Source of the DNA: Lama guanicoe
Lineage: Eukaryota
DNA length: 64,000 nucleotides
NCBI GenBank assembly: GCA_013239625.1
Contig: MU053810.1
Coordinates: 6,048,122-6,112,121, forward strand
Reading direction: 5' to 3'
In this document: positions 11,801 through 25,468 of the stretch, one piece after another
Position numbering within the stretch: position 1 is the stretch's first letter
Layout of the letters: each line of letters begins with the position of its first letter
Position numbers and translations under genes: made by a program
The notes under the pieces: model-generated
What the model was told of the DNA's origin: nothing
Databases searched by the model: none
What the model saw: only the letters and a program-made list of their open reading frames with translations

Positions 11801-13000
11801 CACAACTGGGTGTGTTATAGGAAAGGAGCTCCCAGCCTTGGGGACCAGATCCTTTATAATGGGCAGGAAGGCTTCCTGACCTTTGCCCTGGGGAGTGACA
11901 TTATCTTTATTATACTGGACAGTAAGCAAACCTGCCTTTTCCTCTGCATGGAGACACTATATCTTCTAAGGCTGTTTACTATATAAATATGCAGAATTGA
12001 GGGAGTCAGTACCTTTTTTTTTTTTAACAAGATGTGCAAAAATGCATACAACGTTAAACTTTTTTTTTTCTGACAGTAGCTTCCCCGCACCCCACCCCAG
12101 CACACCCCTCCCCCGCTTTCAGTTCAGTACGTATCCTTGCATTTTCTCATGTAGGCTATTATAATTGCTTCCTAACTGTTCTCACTGCCAGTAGGCTTCT
12201 GTCTGTCCCCAAACCTGTGCTGGAGGGATCTTTTAAAATGCAGATCTGATGATGTCACTCAATTTAAATTTGTTATTGGTGTCTCATTACTGTTAGGACA
12301 AAGTTTAAATTGTTGAGAGGTTGTATAATTATTTCTCTTGTACTGACTGCTATCCAGTTTTTAAATTTTGACAAATTAAATAAGGGGGAAAAACTTGAAA
12401 GTCGTGAAGGCAGGTACTGGATTGGCTATAGATGTTTATAGGCTGTGTGCCACCAGATTGTAACTTCTGCTCTTATTTTTTTTCTCTTACACCTTTGCTG
12501 CAACATACTGTTCTTTTTGCTTTGAATGATGTTTGTGTTTGCTTTTTATATTCCTATTCATGCCTTAAAACCTGCTTACTCTGTAAAGCCTTCTCAACCT
12601 AGTTGGATAGCTTGCTCTGAATACCTTTAGAGTAATTTCAAATAAACTGTCCATGTGTCATTCTGGCACTTACTTCATCAAGCTGTAATTATTGATTTTT
12701 TTTATGGTCTGTATCCCCATAAAATAAAGTAAGCTACACAGAGCAGGTCCCCTGCCCTTTCCATGCACACCAGGTCTTTAGGAAAGAAAATTGCTTTCCT
12801 GAGAATCATTTTGGAATCAAAACCAGTAAATTAGTTTGTGCTTTTAATCAGTTTTCTATAGTACATGTCTTGAGCCTCAAAGATACTATTTTGCTTAATT
12901 TTGAAGGGGAAGATACAGTGTTCACAGGAAAATAGACATGATACAGTCTTATGGTCTATTACTTACGAATATCATGTATATTATTTACTATGCAAAATAA

Positions 13001-13270
<270 letters not shown>

Positions 13271-16200
13271 TAAGAAACATGGTGATAAAGATGATTTTCT
13301 TAAAGAATTAATAGATTCTCATCGTAACTAGCATTACAGTTTTCATAGAATATTTATTTAATATTAATTGTGTATTATATAAGCTTGGGGTAGAACTTTA
13401 CCTGTGGAATAGGCAGTATTCAAGAAGATATTATGACTTGAAATAGCTATTCATTAATTAAGCCGTTTGAATCCTAGACTAATGTTACAAATTTGCGTTG
13501 TGGATGCCAAGTCTTGCTTTCGCTACTGAATAAATATTTAAAAATAAAAAATGTATATCCCTTTCAGAATTGGTTTAGAAAATAATTTATAAATACCTTC
13601 ATTCTTTGATTTCTAAATATGTATATATATTAGTGCATCGATGTAGATAGGGATGTAATTTCAGCAATTTATGGAAATTGTAACAATTATATGTATTTTT
13701 ATTCTGTGCATCACTCCCCACTCTCCCATCCCCTGCCCCAGCAGCCTTTTAGGAAAGAGGTGTAATTTGTTGCCCATGTCCTTTTCTGAGCTTTGCAGAA
13801 ATAAGCTGTTCTTGAAGGATACCTGCAGCCTGTCATCATTTTAGGTATTCGTGCATTATTTTGCAAGCATCTGGAATTACCTGAATTCTTCAGCCATCTC
13901 TGCTCAGGATAAATTATTCTGCTGAAATTTGGTAGTCCCTTTCCTAGGGGATCATTATTTGATTTTGTTTCTGGTGTCCAGAATAATTTGTTAGGAATCA
14001 GCTAGAATCTTGAAGTTTTTCCTAGCTGGTTATCTGACTGATGCTATTGCTGGGTTTGTTCCATATGAATTGTCTGGAGTTCCTGATCAAGAGGCGAGTG
14101 TAGCTGATAACACTGCTCTTTATTCTGCTCTTCTCTGAGCCTGTTGGAATCCGCCCATCACTGTCATGCTTGGAAGTTGGAACACTTTGCAAATGTAGAG
14201 GAAGCTACTTGTTTCTTATATTTTTACCCAAGGATATGGCTAGGGTTGTATAAGAACATAAGTCAATTTTAATTTAAGGTATTTTAGACTAGATTGATCT
14301 ACAGAATTTGAATTTCGGAAGAACTTCTTTTGTATTATTACCTGTCTTGAGAGTGAAAATTATTCATAGATACATACACATGTACAGAGATATGAGTGCA
14401 CACATTCTCACTTGCTCACTTCCCCTTTTGTTTAATCTTGATTTTTCTTGCTGCCAAAGTAGTACACACTCATAAAAAAAAATCTATCACCATCTTCGAA
14501 GTGAATATCCTCTGTTATCTCTCCACTGATAATTGTGTTTCACAGTTTAATACATAGTACTTAGCAGAGTATAAGATGAAACCAGATTTTATAAGTAAAT
14601 TTTGAGTGAGATAATTTAACTGTGTCATTATATATGTATAAAATGGGAAATATAAACACAGCATAATGTATACTGAAAGCGCATAATATACACTGAAAGT
14701 GACAATCTGCATTTTGTAATTTGGATATTTTAGACAGATTTTTTTTTTAAAGTTTTTTATTGTGGTAAAATATATATAACAAAATTTACCATTTAACCAT
14801 TTTTAAGTGTACAGTTAGTTCTGTGGCATTAAGTACATTTACATTATTATATGGGCTATTTTGAAATGTATTTCTGTGGGTAGGAGGGTGGGTGGTTTGT
14901 GAGAACAGTGTATCTTAAAAGCTGGTATATGGCTTATTTGTCCATATTGATTTCTTTGTTATACAAACACACAATTATTTTTCCCCAAGGAGTCTCATTG
15001 CTGCTTTATTTCTCCTGTTTTATTTCCCTTAAAAATCGTTGGCTTCAATATTTCTTAAAGATTGTAGAGATATGTGAAAATTGGAAATTTGGGTAGTAAT
15101 TAATGAGCAAATGCCAGAGTCAAAATTACAAAAGGGAGAAGTTTGAAGTTATTTTAAACTTAGTGTTTTAAGTATTGGAAGACACTCTACTTACAGTTCT
15201 AGAATAACTTTCTTATCTTTTGCCTACTTTTCTGTTTAGAAGTTTGTTTTCTTACTGAGTTAAGGGTTCTTTCTATTGAGGAAATTAGCTCCTTACATTT
15301 TGGCAAATATTTTCTCATGCTACTGTTTGGCTTTTGACTTTGATGTTTCGGTATTTAAAAAAAATATACACAGACTGTTAAAAAATTGTATCCAAACTTC
15401 TTACAGCTACCAAATTTTATGTAAAGGTTTCTATATTCCATGATTAATATTCCATCATATTTTTTCCTTTGTGATGTAAATTTTAGTGTTTTGGTATTTA
15501 TATTAGTCATTTAAATGTTATTTTCTATGTCAGTGCATTTTATGCTATGAAATAGATGGTACACATAAGTTTAGTAAGAACTTAAAATATGGAAAAATGT
15601 CTTGTTTGGTTTGACTTTCAGAAACAATGTAAGATATGAATAAGAGAATCCTTGCATAGAGAAAACATTAGAACATTTGCCAAAAGGCGAATGAAAAGAA
15701 GATGAACAAAAAAGTTCATCCTAATTAAGTAAAATAAAAATAAAAATACTGAAGGTCATCCTAATAAAAAGGAGCACAAGGTTTCAGAGTAAGCTAGAGA
15801 AGGCTTGAGTATTAGTAGAAACATCTAACTTTATTTCTGATAAACAGTTAAGAGCTTTATGGTCTGGTTCATAGCTTATGAAGGACTTTGTTTTCAAGCC
15901 TTTAAAAGACCAGGTGATCCAGTTGTTACATTTTATTAGTGGAGACACTAAAGCTTTATAATTCATAGGAATGTTGTTTTTTAAAAGGTTTCGATTTTAT
16001 TAGATAGAGTAGTGAGCTAATGAATCATTCCAAAAAAAGAATAGGCCTCATACTTTCTGTACCTGTGGTGTGCAGGTCTAACGATCTACTGAGGGCCTGC
16101 AGGTGGGGAGGAATCAGAGAGAGTTCTGTTGTTTTCCGCCTAAGATTCTAGGAAAGTGGTAAGATGACTCATCCAGATATGTAAATACTAAGGAAGTGAA

Positions 16201-16890
16201 GTGATACCTTAAGGAAATAAAAAGCCTTGTTTTGAATGTGTTTGGGAGACATTTAAGTGGAAAATGTTTTAGGTTGTGAATAACAATTACAGTGTTTTGA
16301 GCTGTAAGATACAGAGGTCATTTTCCTTCCAGCACTCCTGAACCCCCTCTCATCTGTATCACAAACACACACTTAGCAGAGGAGGTTGAGCTCCACGAGA
16401 GGTTAAAGGTTACACTATTGCAAAGTAGCAGAGTTCAACTAGAATTTTTATTCCCAATCTAATTTTCCTTTCATTATTTCATTTCATAGTTTATACTTAA
16501 ATGCTATTTTGTTTGTTTGTTTCTTGTTTGCTTGAAATAGCAAATGAGGGAAGATGTGTGGTCATATTTAGAATATTTCTAAGTTACCAAAGAATAGTAT
16601 TTATTTAGTGTATTGTAATGCTATCTTATTAATATATCTTATTTCAAGGATAATAAGGTTATTCACGTTTAATTTCTAAATCCAGGTGTGAAATGTAGTG
16701 TCTAGGTAGAATTCCAGACGTTGTTTAATCTAGATAAAAATGAGCCACATCATTCTAAACAAACATTGAAGAATACCAAAATTCTAGCACAGTTTCTTTC
16801 TAGAAATGAGAATATATCAAAGGCAAAGTGTATTCCTTTTTTGGATGATTTTCTTAATGTTGCTTTTATGGTCTCTTGAAAAATGATAGA

Positions 16891-16896
16891 GTGCTC

Positions 16897-16947
<51 letters not shown>

Positions 16948-16997
16948 GGCCCCTGCGCAAGGATGACACGCAAATTCGTGAAGCGTTCCATATTTTT
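16891..16997 (+). pseudogene. RNU6: Full-length U6 snRNA retrocopy (107 nt), part of a chimeric insertion 16878-17053
   Basis: Identical by eye to canonical U6 (GTGCTCGCTTCGGCAGCAC...ACAGAGA...CCATATTTTT); followed by 26 nt of foreign sequence and an A-tail; 13-bp TSD GAAAAATGATAGA at 16878-16890 and 17041-17053; no U6 TATA/PSE recognised upstream. Confidence 0.95.
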
Positions 16998-17951
16998 GAA
17001 ACAAGGAAATAAAGGCTTAATTTAAAAAAAAAGAAAAAAAGAAAAATGATAGATACATGTTTAGAATGGCAAATGTTATGGAAAGAACTTGAGACTCTCA
17101 AATATCTAGAAAAAGTTAGACTCTGCAACCTGAATATAGTTTCTCTTAAGTGGTACGGTACAAGCAGTGGTGCTTTCGACCCATCGTTTCGTACATACAG
17201 GCTAGTCGGCTTTCATAGAAGTAACCTTTAGGTTCAGAGCAGCTTTTCTTCTGTTTTGTATTATGGCCAGATTTGTTCCGAAGAAAATTTAGAGCTAAAG
17301 CAACTTACAAATTCCTAGCAGTATTGGCCTGCCTGAGATTTGGATTCATAAGCTTCACATGAGAGGGTTCTCCGACTCTGTTTCTTAATCTGGCTAAGCT
17401 ATTATTGTGATTTGTAATTTTGTTTTTAAAAACTGAGGTGCTAGGTCCTTTTCTGAATTTTGAATTTTAATATTTGCAATTTATCACTTTAAAATTTCAT
17501 ACTACTGTTCAAATAATGAGTAGTCATACATGGGCAGTCATTTTCCAGAAGTCTGAGTCTTGGTCACTGATGTATTAAAGTAGCCATACGTTTAATGAGG
17601 TATAGTGTTTGTATTTAAATCAGTTTTGTTTTTTTAATCATCTATGATTTTGTTGGGTTAGTATCATAGAATAAAATACTGACCTTTTTAGAAATTATTG
17701 GATCTACATGAGATTGGCATAATTAAGTGGTGATTTCCTTGTAAGTATATTACTTTGAAAAACTATGCGATACCCGTGATATTTCCCTACTGCCTATGAA
17801 TATCTTTCCTTTACAAACTTTGCGAAGTCTGGCTGGGTAAAAAGCTTGTTAACATGAATTGAGTGACTGTAAATGTAAACCTGTCCTATCAGATATAACG
17901 TATCCAGAATTAATTTCTACTTTTTCCCCCCCTTTTTTTGCCAACGTAAAG

Positions 17952-17966
17952 TGGCTAAAAGCCAAG
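17952..17966 (+). CDS. ABI1: ABI1 15-nt microexon (exon 4), WLKAK
   Basis: Pyrimidine tract then aag|TGGCTAAAAGCCAAG|gtaaga; frame-preserving; matches the ABI1 GVK-WLKAK-HGN sequence. Confidence 0.92.
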
Positions 17967-18693
17967 GTAAGAGATACTACTTATTTGATCCACAGTATTC
18001 CCTCTATGTCAATAGAGGCTTGCAGAGCCACTAAAATTTGAAAACTTTTCCTGTGTCTGTCTGCTTTTTCCCCATAGGATTTATGTAGATTAAATATACT
18101 CAAACTCAGTTCAAATCAGCAACATTTAGCTTGGATGTGTTAATATATCAAAGATATATTGACATCTGCATTTATATAGGAACATTAATTTTGCTAACAT
18201 TTATTGCTTTGCTCATTTTTTGATAGTTGCCTTGCTTTTATTGACTTACAGTTAGGAGGTTTCCCAGACATTATATGTGACTTTGTTACTAAGTTGTTGG
18301 GAAAGATGATTTTTCAGATGGATAGTTAAGCAGTTGACACTGAGATCTGTGGTTTATATTCATGCACACATTTCAAAAATTTCAGAATACCCAGTATTTG
18401 AATTGCAGGTATGTTAGATCTCAGTAAACGTGTTTTAACAATAAAATAATGTATAAAATTTAATAATGTTACCTGTATTTTGTAATAAATTGGTATGAAT
18501 GGCACAAAATAATAAGAAAAGCCAAGTGTAAGTGATAACTTGACTTTTTAAAATGTAGTACCAAAGTCTGTTATTAAAACTGTCTGGGAATCCTTACTTC
18601 ACATTCTGATATTAAAAAAATAATAATACATGGTGTCAAAACACCCAGAGAACAATTTGATATAAAATAAACTCTTTTCTTTCCACATTTTAG

Positions 18694-18795
<102 letters not shown>

Positions 18796-19994
18796 TAAGA
18801 ATTCAGCTACATCTTACAAGAGAGTTTGCATAGTAAAGGAAAGGATGTTTCGTAATTTAAGTTAATGCATGGATCCTTGTGACTGACCCTCTCTATGTGA
18901 CACTACCTTCCACAAATTCATTTTGGTTCTTATTTCCTTCAACAGAATCCAAAATGAATCTGCCTGTTTGTTCTGTAATATTCTCTAAAGAACGCTGTAC
19001 TAAAAATCTTCTTTTGTATGTGTGTAAATGAACATTTTTAAATTTTTTACCTAATTCATTAAAAATATATATGTAAATCTGACATGTTTATTTAAAATGA
19101 AATGACCAGAGCGTTCTATATATGGTTGGTGTCTTTACATGTATTTGCAATATTTATATTGCAGGACTTTGAATAAGTGGTCTATTTTGTGTATTTTGGC
19201 TTGGTAGCCTGCAGTTTTTCTGTTTCCCCTATTTCTGTTTCACTTGAGACTTAGAAGTGCTCAAGGCAAAGAGTCCCTAACTGCTTCTGCTGGAGTCTTA
19301 GGGGCCTTCTTACCAGAGTAGCTTCCAGAAGGCCAGTGAAGAAGTAGAAAAGACAACAGTTTGTTGCTTCTTCCTTCCCAGTTTTCTGTGCAATTCAAAT
19401 ATTGAATACTTGGTAAGACATTACTGAAAGATTATTCACCTTATTATGGAAAATTAGACTCCTTGTGTTTGGAGGAAGGGTGGGGAACTGTTACTTTATA
19501 GTAACAGGGATCAGCAATCAGCTTTTTTAGAGGACCTTAGTTTCTGCTTTCATTCTGTAAACCTCTTGGCCCTGAAAAAAAAAATAAAGTTATTAAACAG
19601 AAAAGTTAAAATCGTTTATTGAGAAATTAATGACATCACATCTAGGATCAGAATGTGCTTGTCCATACGTTTCCGTATTGAGGGAGGAATAAGTTGCAGG
19701 GGAGCTATGTAGCTTCCATAATACACAAGGACAGCAGCTTGTGGGTTACTGAGCTGGGAATAATGTATATTTCAGAGTTTGATATTACTGATCATTTAAA
19801 AATTATAACCATTATTTTTGGAAATCAGGTTGAACTTTTAAATTACCCTTTCCAAGGTTTTCCTAAGAAAGGGTAACAAATTTTAGTTTTTGTGTTAAAG
19901 TAACAAAATTCTTATACCCCGTTTAAAACATCTTTTAAAACAAACTTTATTATTTAAAAAAAAGCTTGTGTTATACTTGGTTATAAAGACATAG

Positions 19995-20207
<213 letters not shown>

Positions 20208-21359
20208 TAAATTTTCAGGTTGAGACTTTGAACATCTGAGAACGTGCATTCTTGGCTGGTGACAAACTCCTGTAAAGTTGCTGGTAAAGGTAAAGTGCTG
20301 CTTGAATGCTGATATTGAATGTAAAAGTTGAGGGTAATGGTATTCTGTATGTTTCTGTAAATTTGTGTCATAATTTCTGTTTTTCAGATTTTTTTTAGTA
20401 TCTACTTATACCACTAGCAGATTGCTTGTATTTCCTTCTTTTTGAAAGAAGTACAACTATTTATTTGGATCAAGGCTAAAGAATGTTTTTTAAAACAATC
20501 TTTTAGAAAAGATCAAGGTAACCACTCTTAAATTCTCTGGACAAAAGGTTAGAGATCAGAAATATACAATGTAATTTAAACTTCAAGGGGCTGGAGGAAA
20601 GAAGACTTAGTTTAGATCTGGGGAAGAATTTCTTCAGAGAGTTGACTACTAGAATGTTCTTATATGAGTTGTTACCGAAAAAAGTTCTAGAAATCAGCTA
20701 CCCAGTAGATTTTTTAAAAAAAACTTGAGTATGGAGCATACCATATATTGAGAACGGTGTATACTTGTTAAGAATAACAACCTGATGTATTAATACAAAT
20801 TGAACATGCTTATGTAACCATCACCCAGATCAGAAAATGGAACATTAGCATCCCTTTTCCAATGATTGCCTCTATTCTCCTCCCCCCAAAAGTAGCTACT
20901 TTATTTTGGGGTACTTCTATAAAGCCAGACAAATTTACTGTATAGCTTAATCTGTCTTGTTCTTTGATTTTACCTCTCACTTAATAACTTGGGCAAGGAA
21001 TCTCTCTTCATCTTGACTTTGACGTTGGTTTCATTAGAGGTACACCCTGGCAAAGTCATTTTTGGGGATTCAGTTCCATAGCTCTTTGGTGCTAAGTAAA
21101 TGATGTTTGTTACTGCTACTGTTAGCAATTAGATTGTCATATTGATATCTCCAGTTACTGTGAGATCAAAGAGGAAAAAATTGTTTTTTAAAAAAATAAT
21201 GTGCTATTGAATTATTATATCAAACTATGTTTTTCCTCTATAATGGATGCTGTGATAGTTTAATCATATTCAACAACCAGTTGTTAAGAGTTACTTCATT
21301 AACTACCAGGGATATACCAGTGAAACAGTTCTTTTTTTCAGGAGCTCATTCTGTTAGAA

Positions 21360-21700
21360 CAGGGATCAACAAACTTCTTTATAAAGGGCCAGATTGTCAA
21401 TATTTTAGGATTTGTGGTCCATATGGTCTTTGCTGCAGTTACTCAGCTCTGTCATTGTAGCATGAGAGCAGCCACCGGGAGCACGTAAGTGAATGAGTGT
21501 GGCTGTGTTCCAGTTAGGCTTTATATATAGCACTGAAATTTGAATTTCATATAATTTTAATGTATTGTAAAGTTTTATTCCTCTTTCGATTTTTTTTCAA
21601 CTATTTAAAATGTAAAAAAAAAAAAATGTTCGTAGCTCACAGGTTATAAAAATCAGACCGTGGGCCACATTTGGTCCACAGGCTCTTAACTCGCCAACCT
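21360..21700. mobile_element. MER58-like hAT-Charlie DNA transposon
   Basis: cagggatcaacaaac...aagggccagattgtcaatattttagg...gaatgagtgtggctgtgttcca. Confidence 0.75.
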
Positions 21701-22725
21701 TCATTAGAAAAAGACACATAAGCCAGTAATTGTAGAAGAGCATTAAGTGCAGAAATACTCTTCTGTTTACGATGCAGTGATGGCACAAAGCAGAGTGTTG
21801 GCCAGCTTGAGAGAGTAGGGAGGCCTTCACATCAAAGCTGTTTTTGTTATATAAATCACTTTTCAAGAAAAAATAAAATTAAATTAAAAAAAATCACTTT
21901 TTTCCCTTGTATTAGTGTGTGATTATGTAATTATAGAATTATCATATTGGAGAAAAAAATTTATCTGTGCAGTGCATATCTTTGTCCTGTTGGGTTTCTG
22001 GGCCTGTTGAGCCAGTGATGTGATTTAAAACATATAATATGGAGCTTAAGGCTGCACGTGTGCACATATGTACATCTGTGTACATATTCACATGCATGTT
22101 CACTTCACTAAAGCTGGTCAGTGCAAAATCATACACCTGCAGGGACAGGAAATCTGTAGGAATTAGAATAGTAGGGAATTGGTTAGAGTTTAACAGTATT
22201 GACTGTTCTAGAATGTTCCTTGCCAGAAAGTTCATTATTGTCTTTTTTTTTTTTGTCATTTGCTCATTTTTTCCAAAAATTTGTTTTATCACCATTGTTT
22301 CAGGTGAGTGGAGATTTACATACTGATTTCAGACTAAAACTGGTTACCATTTTCATTAACTTCCATTGCATCTTTTGTGGCTTCCCTCACGCTATCTTTT
22401 AATGTCTTACTTTCCCCCATTTTCAACTAAGAGTTCTATGACAATGTAGTTCATACCTGCTTTGTTCACTGCTGTTTCTACTAGGTTTTAAATGAATCTT
22501 CGTTGACTCATTGTATTATATTATGATATTGGTCATTCATTTCTCAGTGATCTCTTTTGATAGTTCTGAGTACTGTGTGATTATATTGGTTTCCAGTAGA
22601 TGGAGAAATAGAATGAAACAGAGGGCCACTTCACGTATTAGGGTTAAACTTTGTATTGAACAGTTTATATATATAAACACATGCACACACACATATAAAA
22701 AGAGTGTTGAGTGGCTTTGAGTTGA

Positions 22726-22923
<198 letters not shown>

Positions 22924-23791
22924 TAGTATTTATGAGCTTTATTGTGGAAGTCTGAATTAATTTAGTTCTGTTAGATAAAATTATTAAATTTATGTGATTG
23001 TTGCTGGAATGAAAATGAATAAATTCAATAACAGTTTTTGATTAGTTTTCAGTCTATAATTTTATAGCTGTTTCTCCTTACATATAAAACAGCATATTAA
23101 ATAGCTTTATTGAATAATTTTTTGACAATTTTGCTTTAGAAATACTTGCCTCTGGCACAAGTCAAGAATGATATTTATTATTTCAACAGCAAACCAGTAT
23201 TGTTGATAATTCAACCAAAAGATCAGTGTCTTTTATGTGAGTTAGGTATCGTTGAGCTTTGATGTGGCCATGTAGGCTAGTTTATCACTCTGGTATTAGC
23301 TGGTTCTGTGACTCTACCGTATTTATGATATTCAATAGATACTTCAATAAAATGCCATGAATATAAAATGGGGTTAAATTAGGAAAAGCTCTTTTATTTT
23401 TTAGATTATTTAAAATTTTAAGAAATCATTGCAGAGCATAAAATTGATCTCTTGATTTTTTTAGTAAATGAAAGGAAAACTCTATGGTGTTAAAAATATG
23501 CATTTAAAAAGTAAGTTCAGTAATCAAAACATTAGGGAAAAATTCTTAGCTTCTCAAGGATGTTGTTGAAAAAGGAGAAAAAGCTTAAAAAAACAGGCAT
23601 ATTTTATAGTTAATGCAAGTGTGAACTCAGTGGCCTTTTTATCTAATAAAATTCTTACTCGCTTGAATGTGCTTTACATATGGGTGTGTCTCTTTTTTTC
23701 TGCTTTCCAAAACAGTGCACTTTCTTACTGTTTCAGAATGGTTAGTTCTCTTTCTTGCACTCTGACCAGAATTATAAACTATCTTAATTAG

Positions 23792-23872
23792 AAAACGTGT
23801 CTGTCCCTCCTCCTCCTGGAGCTGCACCAGCGCCCCCTCTTGCGCCCCTGCTCCCAGTGAGCGCAGGGATAG
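23792..23872 (+). CDS. ABI1: ABI1 alternative exon 8 (81 nt), ENVSVPPPPGAAPAPPLAPLLPVSAGI
   Basis: tag|AAAACG and TAG|gtgaga; phase 1-1; resembles human ENISVPPPSGAPPAPPLAPLLPVSTVI (recalled). Confidence 0.88.
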
Positions 23873-24926
23873 GTGAGACTGCATAACCAGCAGTGACCTA
23901 ACTTACTTTGCATAATTCACAATAAACCCCTCTGGTAGATGGCTAGCTTTTATAGATCCTAGGTTGTAGGTGGTAATACAAAGTTTAAAATATTAAATCT
24001 AATTTACCACTAATTTCTTCTGGTGAAAGGCCTCTGAAGTTACACAGAAACTTCTCTGCAATGCCAAGTGCTTCTGTGCCTAGTTTATAACCAATTTAAC
24101 ATGGTTTGCATTGAAGAAAATTATAGCAGTGATTGTTCAGAAATTTTTTTTATTAGTAATGCAGTATTTTTTTTTTTTAAGTGAAACTTGATTTGGAACT
24201 CCCTGGTATATACAACAAAGAAGTGGGAGTGAAGTCAGGGGACAGGAGGAAGAAAAAGGAAAAGGAAAAGGATGTGGTGTGAGGTGCTCTGATCGCAGTT
24301 GAAAAACGCTGAAATAGCCCAGTACTTACAGTGTCTGAGAATGCCATGAAACTCTTTTCAATAAAACACATTTAAATTATTCCCAAGTTGGAGGGACTGG
24401 ATTGAGCATATAAGGAATTCCAAATATAGATGCAGTATAAAACCGTTCAGCCTAGAAAAGTACAGTTGCGTTTGGGTAGAAATGGATAGGGTTGTTTTGA
24501 GTAGTAAGAGCTGAGTGTCAGTTTCTGTGAAATACAGCCATCTAGCAACTTCTTTTCAAAACCTGGGCACTGGTACTCAAAGGAGAAAGAGCAAAAGGAG
24601 GTAATAAAAAAAAAAAAGACCCTAATAATAATAGAAATTGTTGGTAGAAAGTCCATGTGAAAAAAAAATGCCCTCAATCTAATAATAATCAGGAAAATGA
24701 AAATAAAAACTTTGAGATACTATTTTAAATCTACCAGATAGGTAAAAATGTAGGAGTCTCCTAACACCAGACATTGTTGAAGATGTCCAGTAACAGAAAA
24801 GTGCATCGCTGTGGGGAATTCATTAGTTGACATACTCACTTTAGAAAATAATATGTTTTACCTAGTCAAGTTGAAACAGGTTTCTAGCTTAGATTTATCG
24901 GTTTCATTTCTAGATACTTACCTTAG

Positions 24927-25468
24927 AGTACCGGTTCTCAAAATATGGTAATGGGTCTTCTGGGGATTGCCAAGATCCTTCCATGGGGTTCTTGAGGTCA
25001 GAACTATAAGCATAATAATACTAAGACTTATTTGCCCTTTTCATTCTCATTCTAGTATAAGTACACAGTGGATTTTTCCAGAGGCTACATAACATATGAT
25101 AACATCATTTTGACAGCCAATGGAATGTGTATTTGTATATTCATGTGCTTTAAAGATAAATCAGTTTTAATTTCTAGTATGGTAGTTACCTCACTATAAC
25201 CCACCTCAAAGAGCTTTTTGAGGTTCTCTAACTTTAGAGTGGACCCTAAGACCATGGATTTTTAAAACTGCTGTTCTAGAGTAGTAGTTTTTGGAGAATG
25301 ATTTTCTAGACTGATAGCATCATCATGGGGAAACTAGTTGGGAATGTAAATTCTCAGGTTCCATTCCAGACCTCCTCATTCATAACTCTGAGACTGGAGC
25401 CCTGCAATCTGTTATAACAAGCCCTCAGGATGAAATCCTCATCAGTGCTGACGTTTGAGAATCACTGT
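24927..25468. mobile_element. Adjacent hAT-Charlie elements (MER5A-like copy at about 25280-25468) inserted into an old L1
   Basis: ggttctcaaaatatgg start; aatgtaaattctcagg...acaagccctcagg...tttgagaatcactg end. Confidence 0.6.

Larger units (their letters stand above)
5352..12075 (-). mobile_element. Decayed ERV-L-class provirus (LTR40/HERVL40-like): 5' LTR about 11586-12075, gag/pro about 10000-11500, RNase H about 9400-9720, integrase about 8850-9260, env-like about 5700-6400, partial 3' LTR 5352-5542
   Basis: 5352-5542 is homologous to about 11890-12075; minus-strand remnants WYTNGS and FTDL..SATWKATD (RNase H), WQTGYIRPLP..CLTADGTFSSYG..HPQAS (integrase), DDKIALDFL (env TM). Confidence 0.85.

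Noticed and set aside
16891..16997. Functional U6 snRNA gene
   Set aside because: TSD, foreign tail and poly(A) show retroposition; U6 needs an external upstream promoter and none is recognisable.
16817..17128. 103-aa minus-strand ORF (KIWNASRICVSSLRRGHANLLCIVP...)
   Set aside because: It is the antisense translation of the U6 retrocopy, not a gene.
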